Shown: positions 45,370 to 57,676, numbered from the stretch's first letter. The stretch: 64,000 nt of DNA from Gemmatimonadales bacterium (GCA_044869265.1 JBIOXD010000050.1:42369-106368); one strand, 5' to 3'. Translations and numbers: made by a program. Notes: generated from the letters alone by a model not told the origin.

Positions 45370-46593
45370 TCACCCCTTGACCTCCTCTCCTCGATGAGGA
45401 GAAGGGGAACTCTTCAGGAGGGGCCGATCCGCACCTAGCCGAGCCTCGACCTCCTCGCGCGGCCACGTCACCAGCTCCACGATCGCCCGGGCCGGAATTT
45501 CGGCCGGTGCGAGCACGAACACGCGCAGGCGCTGCGCGGAGCGATGGAGCTCATCGGCGACGCGCGGCAGACCCAGGTGTTGCGTGGCGCTTCCCGACCG
45601 TCCCACGACCGGCACCGCGACGTCCAGCATGTGCGGCTTTGCAGGAAAATCGAGAAACAGCTGATCGGCACTGAGGCCGAGCTCGCGGGCGAGGCGCATC
45701 TCCACCCGCTCCAGTAGATCGGGATCCCGCGACGGCCAGTCCGCGGTTTCGGCGGGGAGCTCGGTCGCTGGGATGTCGAGTCCGCGCTTCGCCAGGCGGC
45801 GCTCGCGCAGCGCGCGCGCTAGTCCGGTCTGATCCTTGGCCTGCAGCTCGTGGCTGAGCCCGTCGTCGGTGGCGGTCGCGACGTCATCGGGAGAGACGTG
45901 GCCCGCGGCAATCGCGCGGCGGACGAGACGCTTGAACATCGCGGTCGCACTGCGGACGGCGTGATGCCAGTAGACATTCCTGTACATCTGATACTTCGCG
46001 AACAGCAGCGACTCGAGAGCGGCGAGTCCTTTTGCATGCAGAGCGACGCCTTGCGGTGTGAGCGTCAACGACGTGAGGAGTCGGTCGACGTCGATTACGC
46101 CATAGGGGACGCCGCACATCGTCGCGTCCCGTGAGAGGTAATCGAGCTTATCGACGTCGAGCGAGCCGGCGACGATGCCGGCGAGTGGTGAGGTGCTGGT
46201 TCCCTGAATCAGCTGAAGCAGCCGTTCGACCGAGACCCCGGCGTCTTCGAGGACGGTGGCCAGCGCCCCGCTCCGCAGGTGCCGGCTCCCCAGACTTTCG
46301 TGCCGGGGTAGCCCCGCCTCCTCGAGCGCGTGTGAAAACGGATAGTGCCCGATATCGTGGAGCAATGCGGCGAGTCGAATGTCGCGGTCTTGGGTCAGGC
46401 GGCCGGCCAGGTGATACGTGCCGAGCGCATGCTCGAACCGGGTATGCGTGGCCCCGGGGTAGACGAGGAAAGCGTGCCCGAGTTGCCGCACGTAGCGCAG
46501 GCGTTGAAACGCCGGCGTGTCGATCACGGCCAGAGCCTCGGGCTCGAGGCGGATGTTATTCCAGAGCGGGTCGCGAACGACCTCGAAAGACAA
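45370..46593 (-). CDS. HD-domain phosphohydrolase, SAMHD1-like (putative dNTP triphosphohydrolase)
   Basis: VRDPLWNNIRLEPEALAVIDTPAFQRLRYVRQLGHAFLVYPGATHTRFEHALGTYHLAG and LLHDIGHYPFSHALEE closely parallel the SAMHD1/EF1143-type HD core. TTG start at 46593. Confidence 0.8.
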   Translation of the reverse strand: MSFEVVRDPLWNNIRLEPEALAVIDTPAFQRLRYVRQLGHAFLVYPGATHTRFEHALGTYHLAGRLTQDRDIRLAALLHDIGHYPFSHALEEAGLPRHESLGSRHLRSGALATVLEDAGVSVERLLQLIQGTSTSPLAGIVAGSLDVDKLDYLSRDATMCGVPYGVIDVDRLLTSLTLTPQGVALHAKGLAALESLLFAKYQMYRNVYWHHAVRSATAMFKRLVRRAIAAGHVSPDDVATATDDGLSHELQAKDQTGLARALRERRLAKRGLDIPATELPAETADWPSRDPDLLERVEMRLARELGLSADQLFLDFPAKPHMLDVAVPVVGRSGSATQHLGLPRVADELHRSAQRLRVFVLAPAEIPARAIVELVTWPREEVEARLGADRPLLKSSPSPHRGEEVKG

Positions 46594-46611
46594 GAGGCTG
46601 GGGCCTAGGGC

Positions 46612-48170
<1,559 letters not shown>

Positions 48171-48174
<4 letters not shown>

Positions 48175-50450
48175 GATCGCTCGGGTGTTGGCCGCGCGTG
48201 GCGGCGATGCTCTAAGGCGTCCACGGCGGCTATCACCGCCATGTTCACGATATCGGGAACTTCCGACAACCTTTGCAAGACATGGACCGGTTGGTCCATC
48301 CCCACAAGGATGGGGCCAATCGCCTGGGCGTCGCCAAGGCGGGCAAGCAGCTTGTAAGCGATATTTGCGGCGTCTAAGTCTGGGAATATCAAAACATTAG
48401 CTGGCCCCCGCAGCTTGGCAAATGGGTACACGCGCGTCAGGATGCGCTCTACCACGGCTGTGTCGGCTTGCATTTCGCCATCCAGCTGCAGCTCGGGCTC
48501 ACGCTCGTGCATCAGTGCGACGGCGCGCTGCACTTTTGCTGCAGCAGCGTGCTTGACCGACCCGAAGTTCGAGAAAGACAGCATCGCAACCCGCGGCTCG
48601 ATGCCGAGCCGGCTGACGAACTTGGCGGTCGCGGAGGCGATCTCGGCCAGCGTCTCGGCGTCCGGTTCGATGTTCACCGTGGTGTCGGCGAAGAAAAACG
48701 TCTGCTGGCGGACGATCATCATATAGATGCCGCTGGCGTGCTTGCGGCCGGGCTCCACGCCGATCACTTCGAGGGCAGGGCGTACCGCATCGGGATAATC
48801 GATCTCCTCTCCAGCGACCAGCGCATCGGCGCGGCCGCCCCGCAGCATCAGCAGACCGTAATACATCGGATCGAGCACGCGACGCTGGGCTTCGCGCAAC
48901 GTGATGCCACGCCGCTGCCGCCGCTCCCACAGCTCGCGTCCCAGTTGCTCACGATCGGCGGCGGTGGCGGGATTGACCAGCTCGAGTTCCTCGAGGGTGA
49001 GCGAGGCGTCATCAGCCTGGCGGCGGATCGCGTCGAGGTCGCCCAGGAGGATGGGTCGCGCGATGCCGTCATCGGCCAATATGCGCGCCGCGCGCAGGAT
49101 TCGGGGATCGTCGCCTTCCGGAAACACGATCCGTGGGGGGTCCTGCTGCGCCCGGCTGATGAGCCCGCGCATGACCTGTCGCTCGGGTCCCAGCCGCGCT
49201 TCCAGCTCGGCGCGATATTCCTCCACGTCGACAATGCGTCCCGCGATGCCGGTCGCGACCGCCGCCCACGCCACCGCCGGCGCCACCCAGAGCAGCACCC
49301 GCGGATCGAAGGGTTTGGGAATCAGGTAGTCGGGGCCGAACTTGAGCTTCTCGATCCCGTACGCCCGGGTGACGGACTCCGGGACCTCTTCTTTGGCGAG
49401 CGCGGCCAGCGCCCGCGTCGCCGCCATCTCCATCTCTTCGTTGATCTTTTTCGCCCGGACATCGAGCGCGCCGCGGAAGATGAAGGGGAAGCCCAGGACG
49501 TTGTTCACCTGGTTGGGGAAATCGGAGCGGCCCGTCGCCACAATTGCGTCAGGCCGAGCCTTCTTCGCCTCGTCGGGCATGATCTCGGGAGTCGGATTGG
49601 CCAGTGCGAAGACGACGGGACGTTTCGCCATGCCTTGCAGCATGTCGCCCGTCACGATCCCGCCGACCGACAATCCCACGAACACGTCCGCACCCTGCAA
49701 TGCCTCCGCCAGGGAGCGTGCTTTCGTCTCGCTCGCGAAGCGCTGCTTGAACTCGTCGAGGTCCTCGCGGCCCTTGTAGATCACGCCCTTGTGATCGCAC
49801 ATCACGATGTTGTCGCGCACGACGCCGAGCCGCACGTAATGCTCGGCGGTGGCGATCGCGGCTGCACCTGCGCCGGCGAACACAATCTTGATCTTGGCGA
49901 GATCCTTCTTGACCAGAATCAAAGCGTTGAGCAACGCCGCGCCGGAGATGATCGCGGTGCCGTGCTGATCGTCGTGAAAGACGGGAATGCTCAGCGTGGC
50001 GCGCAGCTTCTGTTCGATGTAGAAGCAGTCGGGGGAGCGGATGTCCTCGAGATTGATGCCGCCGACCGTTGGCTCCAGCAGCTGGCAGAACCGGATCATG
50101 TCCTCGGGTTTCTCCGATCCGACCTCGAGGTCGAATACGTCGATGTCCGCGAAGGTCTTGAAGAGAATCCCTTTGCCTTCCATGACCGGCTTGCCGGCCA
50201 GCGCGCCGATGTTTCCGAGTCCGAGGACCGCCGTCCCGTTAGTGACGACAGCCACGAGGTTGCCCTTGGCGGTGTAGACGTAGGCGTCCTCGGGGCGCTT
50301 GGCGATCTCCAGGCACGGCTCCGCCACGCCTGGCGTGTAAGCGAGGGAAAGGTCCCGCTGGTCCTTGAACGGCTTTGTTGGCGTGACCTGGATCTTCCCA
50401 GGGCGGCCCCGCGCGTGATAGTCGAGGGCCTCCTGGCGGCGGCTAGACAA
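48171..50450 (-). CDS. maeB: NADP-dependent malic enzyme (malic enzyme domain plus PTA-like C-terminal domain)
   Basis: ALDYHARGRPGKIQVTPTKP...LSLAYTPGVAEPC...VVTNGTAVLGLGNIGALAGKPVMEGK. 759 aa with a phosphotransacetylase-like C-terminal half. Confidence 0.95.
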
Positions 50451-50530
50451 GGACAGAAGTCCTTTCTTGGGAAGGGGTTATGCTAAGGCGGCGTGACTTG
50501 GGCTGTCAAGATGGAGGCTCGAATTGTAAT

Positions 50531-50881
50531 ATGCCGCCAATGCGCAAACGCCGGTTGATGGTGCGTGGCCCGCTTCTCCTGCTGGCGCTGCTGCAGCTCG
50601 GCGTGCCTTCAGCGGCAGCTTGGGCGGACGCTCGCGCGGGCGCAGAACAAGCGGGACCGGCACACGTCGAATCGCTTTCCGCGAGCGGATGCGCCCGCAT
50701 CCACCCGCCCGACTGTGCCTTCCACCGCTTCCTCACCGCACCACGCGCACTGTCGCGCACGGTTGCCTTCGGAGTACGGCTTGCCCTCCGTGTCCGGTGG
50801 ACGCCGAGTGCGCCCGCGGCTGCGCCATCATGGTTCAAGCTTAGTCTCCCGGATTCCCGCGCCCCTCCCTCGCCCGCCTGA
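50531..50881 (+). CDS. Small secreted Cys/His-motif protein (paralog of 57677..58018)
   Basis: ORF 50480..50881. MPPMRKRRLMVRGPLLLLALLQLGVPSAAAWA signal. Motif VE-x6-C-x3-H-x3-C-A-x-H-x-F-L-T and a C-terminal SRAPP tail. Lies directly upstream of a TonB-dependent receptor. Confidence 0.45.
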   Translation: MPPMRKRRLMVRGPLLLLALLQLGVPSAAAWADARAGAEQAGPAHVESLSASGCARIHPPDCAFHRFLTAPRALSRTVAFGVRLALRVRWTPSAPAAAPSWFKLSLPDSRAPPSPA

Positions 50882-50984
50882 GTGACGGCGCCGCGACCCG
50901 CGGCGACCCAATCCCAAATGATCTGACTGGCGCCACGCGCTCTCAAGCAGCGTGGGCGCCTGGGACTATCACCAGGAGAGTGCC

Positions 50985-53210
50985 ATGTACGCTCTTGTAT
51001 TGATCGCGGCATTGGTGGGCCCAAGCACTGGAGTTGTGTCCGGGCGTGTGACCACGCCTGCCGGTGCGCCCATCGCCGAGGTCCAGGTGACCGTGCCCGA
51101 GCTGCGTCGATCAACGACGACAGACAGCACAGGTCGTTACACCATCACCGATGTTCCGGCCGGTTCGTTCACCCTCACGTTCCAACGCATCGGCTACGCA
51201 CCGGCTGTGCGGCGCTTTACTACCTCGGGCGGTGATGTGACGGCTGACGTCACGATGAGGGAGTCGGTCGTCGAGTTGACGGGCATTCAGGTGACCGCCA
51301 GCGCCAACGCCACGAGCGCGCTCAACTCGCCGCAACCCACCAGCATCGTGGCTGGTGACGACCTCCGCCGGGCTCAGTCCCCAACCCTGGGCGAAACGTT
51401 GCAAGGCGTCGCCGGCGTGCACAGCTGGAGCACGGGTGTCGGTATCGGCAAGCCGGTCATTCGTGGTCTCACCTCGAATCGCGTGCTCGTGCTCGATGAC
51501 GGGCAGCGGCTGGAAACGGCTCAGTGGGGCGACGAGCACAGTCCGAACGTCGAGACGGCAACCGCTGAGCGGATCGAGGTCATTCGTGGGCCGGCGAGTG
51601 TGCTCTATGGGTCCGATGCCTTGGGCGGAGTGGTGAATGTCGTTCAGAAGGATCTGCCGGATGCAGCGGGAAGTCGCGGCTTCGTACGTGGGTCCGTGAG
51701 TGCCGCTTATGGTTCGGCGAACGCGATGAAAGATGGATCCCTCGATCTCGAAGGCGCGAGCGGTAAGTTGGGTTTCCGTGGCGCCTTCAGCGGCCGCAGC
51801 AGCACCAACGTTCGTACGCCCTATTACACGTTGTGGAACAGCGGCAACGAGGCTGTCGCGGGCAGTGGGACCGTCGGCACACGCAGTTCCTGGGGATCAG
51901 TCTCGGCGTCGTTCTCCCAACGCAACGAGAAAGTCGAGCTGACCGACGAGGAGCCAGCGGCCACGCCGCTGCAGCGCATTGAGACGAGCCACGGCCGGAC
52001 GGATCTGACCCTACCGGTCGGCAGCGCCCGACTGGAGGTCTCGGCGGGCTACGCACGCAATCGGCGCCGCGAATTCGAGGACAAAGCAGATCCCACGGTT
52101 GCGCTCGGCCTGCTGACGCAGACCTACCTCGCGGACGTGCATTACCATCACGCGCCGGTCGGTGCGTTCTCCGGGTTGATCGGCTTCTCAGGTGTCCGCA
52201 ACGTGTTCGATAAGTTTGGCGCGGAAACGCTCATCCCTCCGAGCACCGCGAACAACGCCGCCGTGTACGCATTCGAGCAGACCGAAGGTCGGCGCGTCAA
52301 CGTCTCGATCGGCGCGCGCTATGACTACCGGCAACTGTCGGTGGACGCGGACACGGTTCTGGGAGTGGCGACGCAGGACAAGAATTGGAGCTCGGTGACC
52401 GGCAACCTCGGTCTGCTGCTGCACTTGAGCGAGCCGGCGGCGCTGGTGCTGAATATCGGGCGTGGATACCGCGCCCCATCGTCGTTCGATCTCTACACAA
52501 ACGGCGTGCATGAAGGCACCACAGCGTTCGAGCGCGGTAACCCCAACCTCACGACGGAAAAATCCCTCAATACGGACCTCGCGCTGCGGGCGCAAACCGC
52601 GCGGCTGTCGTTTGAGGTGGGGACGTTCCTCAACCTGATTCAGGATTACATCTATACGGTGCCGAGCGGCACCATCGATAGCGCGTCTGGTTTCGAGATC
52701 TTCGACGTGACGCAAGGCGACGCGCGCTTGACGGGGGTCGAGACCGCACTGCAATGGCACCCAATGGACTATCTGCACCTCCAGGGGACAGCAGACTATG
52801 TCCAAGGGCAGAACACCAGCACCGATGACCCGCTTCCGAACATGCCGCCCTTCCGGGCGACCTGGCTGGTCCGTCTGGAGGGCGGCCAACGGTCTCAGAG
52901 CACCTTGCAGAATCCCTACTTCTCCATTGGTGGCGAGGTGAATGCGCGCCAAACGCGCATGGATCCGGCCGAAGAGCAGTTCTACGCGGGTGCCCTTGGA
53001 GGATCGGGGTATCAATCTCGTGCCTATACGCTCGTGAATTTCGGCGCCGGTGTGGCGTGGGTCATCGGGTCACACACACTCCTGATGGATCTCTCGCTGC
53101 GCAATGCCTTCAACGAGCGCTACGCGGATTACATGAGTCGCATCAAGACCAACGCGCTCGATCCGGGGATGGGCCGTTCATTCCTCGTGCGGGTAACCGC
53201 CGAGTTTTAA
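50985..53210 (+). CDS. TonB-dependent receptor with carboxypeptidase-regulatory N-domain (metal uptake inferred from context)
   Basis: ATG at 50985 after AGGAGAG. GVVSGRVTTPAGAPIAEVQVTV (CarboxypepD_reg), plug (GKPVIRGL...VLVLDDGQRLE...IEVIRGPASVLYGSDALGGVVNVV), barrel ending FLVRVTAEF. Confidence 0.85.
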   Translation: MYALVLIAALVGPSTGVVSGRVTTPAGAPIAEVQVTVPELRRSTTTDSTGRYTITDVPAGSFTLTFQRIGYAPAVRRFTTSGGDVTADVTMRESVVELTGIQVTASANATSALNSPQPTSIVAGDDLRRAQSPTLGETLQGVAGVHSWSTGVGIGKPVIRGLTSNRVLVLDDGQRLETAQWGDEHSPNVETATAERIEVIRGPASVLYGSDALGGVVNVVQKDLPDAAGSRGFVRGSVSAAYGSANAMKDGSLDLEGASGKLGFRGAFSGRSSTNVRTPYYTLWNSGNEAVAGSGTVGTRSSWGSVSASFSQRNEKVELTDEEPAATPLQRIETSHGRTDLTLPVGSARLEVSAGYARNRRREFEDKADPTVALGLLTQTYLADVHYHHAPVGAFSGLIGFSGVRNVFDKFGAETLIPPSTANNAAVYAFEQTEGRRVNVSIGARYDYRQLSVDADTVLGVATQDKNWSSVTGNLGLLLHLSEPAALVLNIGRGYRAPSSFDLYTNGVHEGTTAFERGNPNLTTEKSLNTDLALRAQTARLSFEVGTFLNLIQDYIYTVPSGTIDSASGFEIFDVTQGDARLTGVETALQWHPMDYLHLQGTADYVQGQNTSTDDPLPNMPPFRATWLVRLEGGQRSQSTLQNPYFSIGGEVNARQTRMDPAEEQFYAGALGGSGYQSRAYTLVNFGAGVAWVIGSHTLLMDLSLRNAFNERYADYMSRIKTNALDPGMGRSFLVRVTAEF

Positions 53211-53213
53211 CAT

Positions 53214-53837
53214 CTAGCGCGGCGGGGGTGCGATCGTCGGCGGAGTGTGATACAGGACCTGCACCGTCTGACGATCGCGCCCACTTGGCACCGTCACCTG
53301 CACCGTGGAGTACATAACGTCTTCCGGAGCGGGACTTTCCTGCAACAATCCCAGTGTGTGACCCAACTCGTGGACCGTGACGCGCTTCACACAAGCAGCG
53401 ACTTGCTCCGGGGTATAGCCTTGGGCCGTGGTGATGCGGATCTGCATACGGATCGGTTCGGCGAGCGACGTGCCCGCGCTATCGAACAGCAACGTCGTGA
53501 CGCCGTCGCAGGCGAATACCGCTGCGCCTGAATCGGGAGGGACATCCGGCGGCACGCTGTCGTACCAGGTGACGATGACGTCCGCGACATTTGAATCGGA
53601 TACCAGCTCTCCCGTGAACTCACCATACAGCAGTTGTGTCTCCCAAATGCCTATTCCCTTCGTCACGAGGTCGCGCATGTGACCGCGTGAGTCCGCGTAG
53701 TAGCGCACCGGTAGCCGGTTTCGCGGCCAGCGGAACACATCGCCGGCATTGTCGAAACCATACCACGCGGTTCGGTCCGGTATGGTTGCTTCAGTGCACG
53801 CGACCATGAGCACGGCTCCCATGAGTGCGCGTCTCAT
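53214..53837 (-). CDS. Putative zinc-metalloprotease-like lipoprotein (HELGHTLGL)
   Basis: Signal MGAVLMVAC. Metzincin-like VTVHELGHTLGLLQ motif. ATGA overlap with the upstream gene. Confidence 0.55.
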   Translation of the reverse strand: MRRALMGAVLMVACTEATIPDRTAWYGFDNAGDVFRWPRNRLPVRYYADSRGHMRDLVTKGIGIWETQLLYGEFTGELVSDSNVADVIVTWYDSVPPDVPPDSGAAVFACDGVTTLLFDSAGTSLAEPIRMQIRITTAQGYTPEQVAACVKRVTVHELGHTLGLLQESPAPEDVMYSTVQVTVPSGRDRQTVQVLYHTPPTIAPPPR

Positions 53838-54484
53838 GGCGCGCTTCGTCCCTTGCCGAGAATCCGCGCTCCAAACCCCAGCGTCACGCGATGTACCAGC
53901 TGCGCGGATGTGAAGCCGTCGGCATGCAGCGCGGGAGTCGAAAACCGATGCAAGTCATAGCGCAGCGACACCCCGAAGTCGTGGGCGGGCCCTCCCAGCT
54001 TGGTCGGGGACCAGTAGAGACCGGCCGTGCCGACGGCCCAGAGCCCGGAGCCGCCTCGAAACAATCCGGTTTCATCAGCGGGCAGATACTTGATGCCACC
54101 GATCCCCACGCGCGCCGCCAGACTGGGACTGACTTCACGACGCGCCCCGACCGTGAAGGCGATCACCGTCACAGAGTTGAATTTCGCCGCCTCACCGCTC
54201 TCGTGGCGCTGTAATGCCGCCCACGACACGTCGAGAACGGCTTCGGGTGTCCAGGGGCCGTTCGTGCGCTCGCCGATGCTCAGCGCGAGCACCGGCCCGA
54301 TAGCGGGCTTCGCATCGACGGGCTCGACGATCACGTCGTGCACGAGAGCCGTCGTATAGCGAGCGCCGACGGTTGCGTGAACGGAAGCCTGGGCGGCCGG
54401 ACGGCCCGACGGCCAGACGGCCAGGGCGGTCAGCAGAATGAGCGTGTGTGCGGCCGTCCGGCCGTCCGACCGTTCGACCGTCAA
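53834..54484 (-). CDS. Small outer-membrane beta-barrel protein (OmpW/porin-like, family not resolved)
   Basis: TTG start overlapping the znuB-like stop (TTGA). Signal LILLTALAVWPSGRPAAQA. Alternating beta-strand pattern. Confidence 0.5.
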   Translation of the reverse strand: MTVERSDGRTAAHTLILLTALAVWPSGRPAAQASVHATVGARYTTALVHDVIVEPVDAKPAIGPVLALSIGERTNGPWTPEAVLDVSWAALQRHESGEAAKFNSVTVIAFTVGARREVSPSLAARVGIGGIKYLPADETGLFRGGSGLWAVGTAGLYWSPTKLGGPAHDFGVSLRYDLHRFSTPALHADGFTSAQLVHRVTLGFGARILGKGRSAP

Positions 54485-55311
54485 GGGATCACCGCCTTCT
54501 CACCCACGCCGAGTTTTCGCAAGACTCCCGCGCCGACGAGCACCAGGGCGTACATACAGACAATCAGCGGGCCGGTTGGAAAGTTGCCGACGTAGGAGAC
54601 GTAGAGGCCGAGCAGTGATGCCAGGGCACCGGTGCCCCATGAAATCAGCACCATCTTACGAATATCTCTGGTGAACAGGAATGCGACGACTGCCGGTACG
54701 ACCAGCATCGTAAAGACCAGCAGCACGCCCGCGACCGGGACCGAAATCGTGACAGCGACGCCGAAGGATAGGTAGAACAGAAAGTCCCAGGCACGGATGC
54801 GCCAGCCTGCGCGCTCAGCCTCCTCGGGACGGAACGAGATCATCAGGAACTGCTTGCGCAAGGCAAAATGGAGCAGTCCCAGCGCCGCATAGGCTGCCCC
54901 TTTCTTGAGAATGGTGGGCCACGTGATCCAAATGATCGAGCCTTCCAGTACGTCGTGGAGTGCTTCGGCGCCGCGGGGCGCCTTGTCGGCGACGAGGATC
55001 GCCGCGGCCGAAGCCGCGACGTAGACGATGCCAATGATCGCCTCGTGTGGCACGCGGCCCTTGCCGCGCGTGCGGGTAATCGCGAACAACGCCGCGCCGA
55101 TGCAGGTGAACACGAGAGAAAAGATGAATGCCGTTTGCGAGTCGGGAGCGACATGGTAGAGCAGCGCCACGACGCTCCCCAATCCCGCCATCTGTGCCAG
55201 GGAGAGGTCCACGAAGATGACCTCGCGTGCGATCACATGCAGGCCGAGGTACGAGTGGATGGCGACCAGCACCATACACGCGACAAACGGCGCGAACATG
55301 AATTCCAACAC
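54481..55311 (-). CDS. znuB: Metal ABC transporter permease (ABC-3 family, ZnuB/TroC-like)
   Basis: MLEFMFAPFVACMVLVAIHSYLGLHVIAREVIFVDLSLAQMAGLG, typical ABC-3 N-terminus. About 8 TM segments. Confidence 0.85.
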   Translation of the reverse strand: MLEFMFAPFVACMVLVAIHSYLGLHVIAREVIFVDLSLAQMAGLGSVVALLYHVAPDSQTAFIFSLVFTCIGAALFAITRTRGKGRVPHEAIIGIVYVAASAAAILVADKAPRGAEALHDVLEGSIIWITWPTILKKGAAYAALGLLHFALRKQFLMISFRPEEAERAGWRIRAWDFLFYLSFGVAVTISVPVAGVLLVFTMLVVPAVVAFLFTRDIRKMVLISWGTGALASLLGLYVSYVGNFPTGPLIVCMYALVLVGAGVLRKLGVGEKAVIP

Positions 55312-55332
55312 CGTGGTGTCTCCTGCGTTGGT

Positions 55333-56376
55333 TTAGCGACCCGTGCTGGCCGTCTCTGTAAACGCCCGCGCGAGCGAGCCGACCAGATTGTCGATCAGTT
55401 CGAAGAACGTGTTCACGCCCGGCGCGCCTCCGGCCTGGGACGGTACGATGACCGCCTTCGCGCCGGTGCGCTCAGCGACCTGGCGAATCTGGTTGTGATC
55501 GAAATACCCGGGCGACAACAAGACTCGCACCTGCCGCTGGCGCATCAGCTCGATTACCTCGCGCACGTGCTTCGGCGTCGGCGGAATCCCCGGCTTGGGC
55601 TCGATGTAGTCGACGCATCGGATCCCGAACTCCCGCGAGAAGTAGTCCCACTCCTTGTGGTAGCAGGCCATCTCTTTGCTGCGATACACGAATCCCTGCT
55701 TGAGCCAGCCTCCCAGGCGATCAAACAGGGGGCTGCCTCTATAGCGCCGCTGATTTAGAAAGTCGAACAACTTTCCTTGGCGGTCGAGATCGGCCAGTGT
55801 CTGCCCGCCCAGAATTGTGACGAGCTCCTCGCCGTACAACGCACGATAGATACGCTCCTCAAAATCCTTTTCGCGGGCTGTAAAGTATTCGGCGTTCTCG
55901 GGCGACACACGCTTCAAACCGGTGAGAATGTTCCGAGCGATTTGGACGCCGTTGAGCGGCTCCGTCCAGATATGTGGATTGCCGTACACGTGGATGTCAC
56001 CCTGTGTTCGGGAGTAACTCGCGGGCACATCGAGGAGCGGGATCCCAGTGTATGCGGCAACGTAGCCCGGACCACCTTCCGTGACTCGCGGATTGCCGGC
56101 TTTATCGAGCAGGGCAGGGACCCACAGCTCGAGATCGAGACCGGTGGTAACGAAAACGTCGGCTTCCGCGAGTAATGGCACGAAGCTGGGCTTCGGCTGT
56201 ACGTAGTGCGGGTTCTCGTCGCCCCTGGCAATCGAGTTGACCGTGCCGCGCTCTCCGACGATCTCACGGGCGATAGCGGCATAGGTCGTCAGCGAGGTGA
56301 CGACTCTTACTGGAGCTGCGCGCGGCGGCGTTCCACCGCCGGACAGCCCAAGGAGAAACGGAATGATGTATAGCAT
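55333..56376 (-). CDS. znuA: Metal ABC transporter substrate-binding protein (TroA/ZnuA cluster)
   Basis: VVTSLTTYAAIAREIVG...ENPHYVQPKPS...ADVFVTTGLDLELW...GNPHIW. The ATG at 56376 overlaps the upstream stop (TGATG). Confidence 0.85.
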   Translation of the reverse strand: MLYIIPFLLGLSGGGTPPRAAPVRVVTSLTTYAAIAREIVGERGTVNSIARGDENPHYVQPKPSFVPLLAEADVFVTTGLDLELWVPALLDKAGNPRVTEGGPGYVAAYTGIPLLDVPASYSRTQGDIHVYGNPHIWTEPLNGVQIARNILTGLKRVSPENAEYFTAREKDFEERIYRALYGEELVTILGGQTLADLDRQGKLFDFLNQRRYRGSPLFDRLGGWLKQGFVYRSKEMACYHKEWDYFSREFGIRCVDYIEPKPGIPPTPKHVREVIELMRQRQVRVLLSPGYFDHNQIRQVAERTGAKAVIVPSQAGGAPGVNTFFELIDNLVGSLARAFTETASTGR

Positions 56377-57620
56377 CAGTAGGTCTCGTGTTTGTGTGGA
56401 CCGATGGCCCAGACTGCCTGGAGCAGCAGCCGATCGCGACCGGCGCCTGTCGGGGTGAGCCGTCGAGTGTATTCCGCGCGCAGGAACACCCACTCGCTCT
56501 GCCACCAAGTGAGGGTGGGAACAATCTGGCGGGTGATGTCATTCGGCCCTTCAGGGGCCTCGACGTAGTCGTAACGCGCGCCGAGGATCCAGCTCTGCCC
56601 TAAGCGGTACGTCGTACCGACGTAGGCACCGAGGCGGGTGTCACCGGTGCCCGCACGCTCCTTCTTGAGCCCGTAGAGCTCCGCGCGAACTGTCCAGTCG
56701 CGGTAGAGCGCGCGGTCGGGCGGCCGCCACGTGAATCGGAAATCGACTCCGCCCATGGTCGTCTTGAGTGCAGTATCGGGATTGGTTCCGTAGATCCCCG
56801 TCGCCCCAATCTGCATGTAGGTCGACCTGCTCAACTGCCAGAAATTGTTCAAATGCAACAGGTAGGAGGGGCGGTTTCCGCCCTCGAACAGAGCGTCATT
56901 GGAGCCGGCGGTCACCTGAGCGTACAGCTCGTGCGTTCCGAGGCCGCCGAACGCGCGGTACAGCGCTGCGCCTGCCCCCGCCAACCCTTCCTCGCCCAGA
57001 AAGGTCGTCAAGACCAGCGGATACTCCGTCTCCGGAACCGCATGCAGATGCCAGCGATTGAGTTCCCCCAATTGCTGGCGGAAGACGCCGAGATCGAGCC
57101 TGAGCCGGGCCGGGAGGCCGGTATAGTAGAAGTAGCCCTCTTCGATTTCGATCCCGCCTTCATGTACCCCAGCGAAGATCTTGGTGTGTGAGTAGGGGTC
57201 GAGCGCAGCCTGAAACGAAAACTCGACTTCATGCAGCTCGAAGTTGTCGCGCTGCTCTCCGTCGGTTTGAATGGCGGCGTGGAGATCGCCTGTCACGCTG
57301 ATCTCCGGATTGAGCTGCGACTGGCTTCGTTCCCGCCCCACAAACCGCTGGCCGGCGGTATCGACCGCCGCCGTCGTGTCCCGGCCGATGACGCCGGCCG
57401 CTGCCGCGCGTAGAGCGGCGATGTCTTCGTCCTGTGCCCGAGTGCTATCCGGACGTGCGCCTGCACGTGCCAGTGCCGCACGAAGCGAATCCAACCGAGC
57501 GCGGAGCGCACGCAGCTCAGCGTCGAGCGAGTCGAGCTGTCGCTGCGAGGGTTGCTGCGCGTCCAGACGCAACGTCAAGCACGCGGCTGCAAGGAGCAGC
57601 ATGCAAAGAGTGCGTGTCAT
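56376..57620 (-). CDS. Porin-like outer-membrane beta-barrel with N-terminal coiled coil
   Basis: Signal MTRTLCMLLLAAACLTLRLDA. Coiled coil QLDSLDAELRALRARLDSLRAAL. Beta-rich remainder ending ...PHKHETY. Family not recognised. Confidence 0.55.
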   Translation of the reverse strand: MTRTLCMLLLAAACLTLRLDAQQPSQRQLDSLDAELRALRARLDSLRAALARAGARPDSTRAQDEDIAALRAAAAGVIGRDTTAAVDTAGQRFVGRERSQSQLNPEISVTGDLHAAIQTDGEQRDNFELHEVEFSFQAALDPYSHTKIFAGVHEGGIEIEEGYFYYTGLPARLRLDLGVFRQQLGELNRWHLHAVPETEYPLVLTTFLGEEGLAGAGAALYRAFGGLGTHELYAQVTAGSNDALFEGGNRPSYLLHLNNFWQLSRSTYMQIGATGIYGTNPDTALKTTMGGVDFRFTWRPPDRALYRDWTVRAELYGLKKERAGTGDTRLGAYVGTTYRLGQSWILGARYDYVEAPEGPNDITRQIVPTLTWWQSEWVFLRAEYTRRLTPTGAGRDRLLLQAVWAIGPHKHETY

Positions 57621-57676
57621 AATCAGTGTCCTCTCCTGTTGAGACCGAGGAGCGTCGAAGGTCAACTACAACGACG

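Noticed and set aside
45384-45407. Hairpin CCTCTCCTC-GAT-GAGGAGAAGG just after the PP2C stop, as a terminator
   Set aside because: The stem is real, but there is no U-tract, and it lies within the C-terminal codons of the convergent HD gene. Function cannot be supported. The weak stems at 32569-32594 and 35054-35066 are rejected on the same grounds.
48468-50486. 672-aa ORF on the plus strand
   Set aside because: It is antisense to maeB. Shadow ORF.
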